Origin: Deltaproteobacteria bacterium
GTDB taxonomy: Bacteria > Myxococcota > SpSt-1050 > JACRCP01
Reading direction: 5' to 3'
DNA length: 64,000 bases
Assembly: GCA_016218965.1 (NCBI GenBank)
Contig: JACRCP010000150.1
Location: 12,316 to 76,315 of the forward strand
The notes under the pieces are model-generated. The model searched no databases. It saw only the letters and a list, made by a program, of their open reading frames with translations, and had not been told where the DNA came from. The position numbers were made by a program, and so were the translations under genes. This document shows, piece after piece, positions 61,789-64,000 of this stretch (positions within the stretch are counted from its first letter, which is position 1; each line of letters begins with the position of its first letter).

Positions 61789-63264
61789 TCAAGAGGTCGC
61801 GGAGCTGCTTCCGGTCCATGCCGGCGGCGCGCGCGGCGGCGGAGAGATTGTCTCCGTGCAAGGCCTTGAGCTTTTGCAGGAACGCCATTTCGAATTCGTC
61901 CAGCGCCGCGAGGCGTCCCTGGCGGAAGTTCTTGCCGCCCGACGCCGCGGCCGCATGGGCGCCCGAGCGCGCCCGTCGCCGGCAATCTCGGGGTCCACAA
62001 CGCCCAGCATCAGGACCCTCTGCACGGCGTTCCGAAGCTCCCGCACGTTGCCCGGCCAGTCGTGCCGCATGAACATCTCGAGGATCTCTTCCGAAAGCTC
62101 TTTCACCTTCCCCCCGCTAAGTTCGCCGGCGAGAAAGCCCGCCAGCAAAGGGACGTCCTCCACACGATCGCGCAGCGGCGGCAGCTTGAGCCTGATCACG
62201 GCCAGCCGGTAGTACAGGTCGTCCCTGAAACGCCCCGCCTCGACCTCGGCACACAGATCCCTGCTCGTGGCGGCAATCACGCGAACATCGACCGCGGAGT
62301 GGCGCACATCACCCAGACGCTTGATCTGCTGGGTCTCAAGCACCCTAAGGAGCTTGGGCTGAAGATCCAGCGGGAGCTCGCCGACCTCGTCGAGGAACAC
62401 GGTCCCCATGTCGGCCGCCTCGAAGGCCCCGGCCCGGTCGGCAACCGCGCCCGTAAACGATCCCTTGCAGTGGCCGAAGAGCTCGCTCTCCATCAGGTGC
62501 GTCGGGACGTTGCCGCAGTCGATCACGACGAACGGCATGTCTTTTCGGGCGCCCTTCTCGTGAAGCGATCGCGCCAGGAGATCCTTGCCGGTCCCCGTCT
62601 CGCCCTCGACAAGCACCGGCGCATCGCTCCCCTCAATGGCCTCCAGCACCGAGTACACCCGCCGCATGGGAAGGCTTGCGCCAAGCAGGCGGCCGTACCG
62701 TTCGCGCGTGGAAACGGGCACGCCGCCGGGACGCTCTAGCGGCAAGAGGTCCACGCTGCAGTTGCCGACGCCAATCCGGGCGCCCACGTGGACCGTTATC
62801 CGAGAGATCCTCTTGCCAAGATACGTCGTCCCGTTCCTGCTCCCGAGGTCCTCGACCAGAATGCCGTCGGGTGTGACGGCGAGCCGCGCGTGCCTTCTGG
62901 AAACGCTTCCGTCCCGGAGGACCAGGTTGCACTCGTCGCCCCTCCCTATGACTGCCTCGCCCGTCTCGAGCCGGAGCGACCGGCCGCCATCCTCGGCAGC
63001 CCCGGCGCTTGCGTAGAGAACACAGCCGCCCGGCGCCGCCCTTTTCAGAATCGGCTCGATCTCCTGCGTCGTGGCCCTCGGCAGGCCGACCTCTGCCGAC
63101 TTTGGATCCTTCATGACGTTCCGATTCTGCGCTGCCGCGCCGCGGATGTCAATTTCGCGGCCGAAACGCGGTGTGCTCATGCGGCCTTGGTAGGCCGACG
63201 AGCGGCCGTCAGGAGACGCCTTTTCAGTTTCTACTCGCACCACACCTCCGCCACACCAGCCCAA
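61789..63264 (-). CDS. FHA-domain sigma54-dependent transcriptional activator (enhancer-binding protein). The C-terminal Fis-type HTH is out of frame and ends at 61757.
   Basis: FHA domain ([24 protein letters not shown]...GSRNGT). AAA+ sigma54 module ([46 protein letters not shown]). The HTH ([36 protein letters not shown]) is in a different frame. The start is probably ATG 63114 or 63180. Confidence 0.75.
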   Translation of the reverse strand: MGWCGGGVVRVETEKASPDGRSSAYQGRMSTPRFGREIDIRGAAAQNRNVMKDPKSAEVGLPRATTQEIEPILKRAAPGGCVLYASAGAAEDGGRSLRLETGEAVIGRGDECNLVLRDGSVSRRHARLAVTPDGILVEDLGSRNGTTYLGKRISRITVHVGARIGVGNCSVDLLPLERPGGVPVSTRERYGRLLGASLPMRRVYSVLEAIEGSDAPVLVEGETGTGKDLLARSLHEKGARKDMPFVVIDCGNVPTHLMESELFGHCKGSFTGAVADRAGAFEAADMGTVFLDEVGELPLDLQPKLLRVLETQQIKRLGDVRHSAVDVRVIAATSRDLCAEVEAGRFRDDLYYRLAVIRLKLPPLRDRVEDVPLLAGFLAGELSGGKVKELSEEILEMFMRHDWPGNVRELRNAVQRVLMLGVVDPEIAGDGRARAPMRPRRRAARTSARDASRRWTNSKWRSCKSSRPCTETISPPPRAPPAWTGSSSATS

Positions 63265-64000
63265 ACGGTCTCGTCAAGGTACACCTTGGCGTTCTGTTTG
63301 AGGGTCGCGGTCTTGACGAAGGCCGCGCCGCAGAAGGTTGCGTTGTTCTTGAACTCCACGCCCGCCAACGGGGCGTACACCAACGCCCGTGTCTCGGTGT
63401 TGTTCACGAACGTGAACTGCTCGCCCGCACTGGTGTTGGTGCCCGCGTAGATGCGGAACATCGGCCCCTCGACTCCGCTCGGGGCAGGCCCTGAGGCGCA
63501 CGGGCTGTCGAGGCGGCTGTTGTTGCTCATCACGAAACTGTGCCGCACGTAGAGGTACACGTCGCCGCCGGTAGCGCCGAGCACGGCGTTGTTGTTCAGG
63601 CGCAGGTGGTCGAAGTAATACTCGCCGGCAGGCAGCGTCGCGTGGGCATTGTTTGGCAGTTCCAGCCCGCCGTTCACGAGGTACGGGGCGATGGCGGGGT
63701 CGGTGGCCAACGCCTCGTTGTCGTTGTGTACTTCCTTCTCGTCGAGCAGGCCCGCAAGGTCATACGTGCACGAGCACGGGGACGGATCAGGCGTCGGATA
63801 CGAGATCGTGCCGTGGATCGTCCCGCCGCCGCTCTTGGTCCCGCCGAGCGTGGCATTGCCCCAGAGGTGCGATTTGATGCCCATGCCAAGATTCCCGCCT
63901 GCGACGACTCCGCCTCGGACTGTGGAGTTGTTTGACATCGAGACATTGCCGTCGGCCCCGACATAGCCGTGGTCGCCCAGCGCGCCGCTCTGGCAGTCCT
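63231..64000 (-). CDS. Hypothetical secreted protein (Asn/Gly/Thr-rich, beta-helix-like), probably 5'-truncated by the window end.
   Basis: ORF 63231..63938 with no recognisable motif. The frame may continue beyond 64000. Confidence 0.3.
   Translation of the reverse strand, partial: DCQSGALGDHGYVGADGNVSMSNNSTVRGGVVAGGNLGMGIKSHLWGNATLGGTKSGGGTIHGTISYPTPDPSPCSCTYDLAGLLDEKEVHNDNEALATDPAIAPYLVNGGLELPNNAHATLPAGEYYFDHLRLNNNAVLGATGGDVYLYVRHSFVMSNNSRLDSPCASGPAPSGVEGPMFRIYAGTNTSAGEQFTFVNNTETRALVYAPLAGVEFKNNATFCGAAFVKTATLKQNAKVYLDETVWAGVAEVWCE

Overview
This window is a GC-rich (~68%) chromosomal segment that looks myxobacterial (Myxococcota). The evidence is a MYXO-CTERM-type C-terminal sorting tail, a sigma54 FHA-domain enhancer-binding protein with a matching -24/-12 promoter, many lipoproteins, and giant Cys-rich repeat proteins. 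No rRNA, tRNA or CRISPR was seen.

Gene content, start to end:
- A 5'-truncated PilY1-like type IV pilus tip adhesin, convergent with folC.
- A compact cNMP signalling cassette: CHASE2 adenylate cyclase, Crp/Fnr regulator, MBL-fold phosphodiesterase.
- ppiD, der and era.
- A coupled signalling block: histidine kinase, FecR-domain protein, response regulator-GGDEF and a 937-aa MYXO-CTERM protein.
- An orphan gcvPB and a cyclophilin PPIase.
- A complete type II secretion operon, gspCDEFGHIJKLMN (22276-35825).
- An amgK/murU-like cell-wall recycling pair.
- An APC permease, a GH15-like lipoprotein, esterase and PHP-domain lipoproteins.
- serS and an ABC-2 exporter.
- A low-GC islet carrying a frameshifted HNH-type nuclease gene, flanked by a perfect 40-bp direct repeat that looks like a leaderless promoter.
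- A vWA lipoprotein, an 1100-aa Cys-rich repeat protein with a sigma54 promoter, and its adjacent FHA-sigma54 activator, whose C-terminal HTH is out of frame.

The most unusual signals are the islet and its 40-bp repeats, and short heptanucleotide tandem repeats sitting exactly at intercistronic junctions. Three GAGGCAT-type arrays lie inside the gsp operon, where they supply the ATG and MRHE N-termini of GspI and GspK. A CCCAAAT x4 array lies between amgK and murU.

I had no BLAST or HMM tools. All family calls rest on motifs read from the translations, and ORF-track 'M' residues are sometimes GTG or TTG starts.
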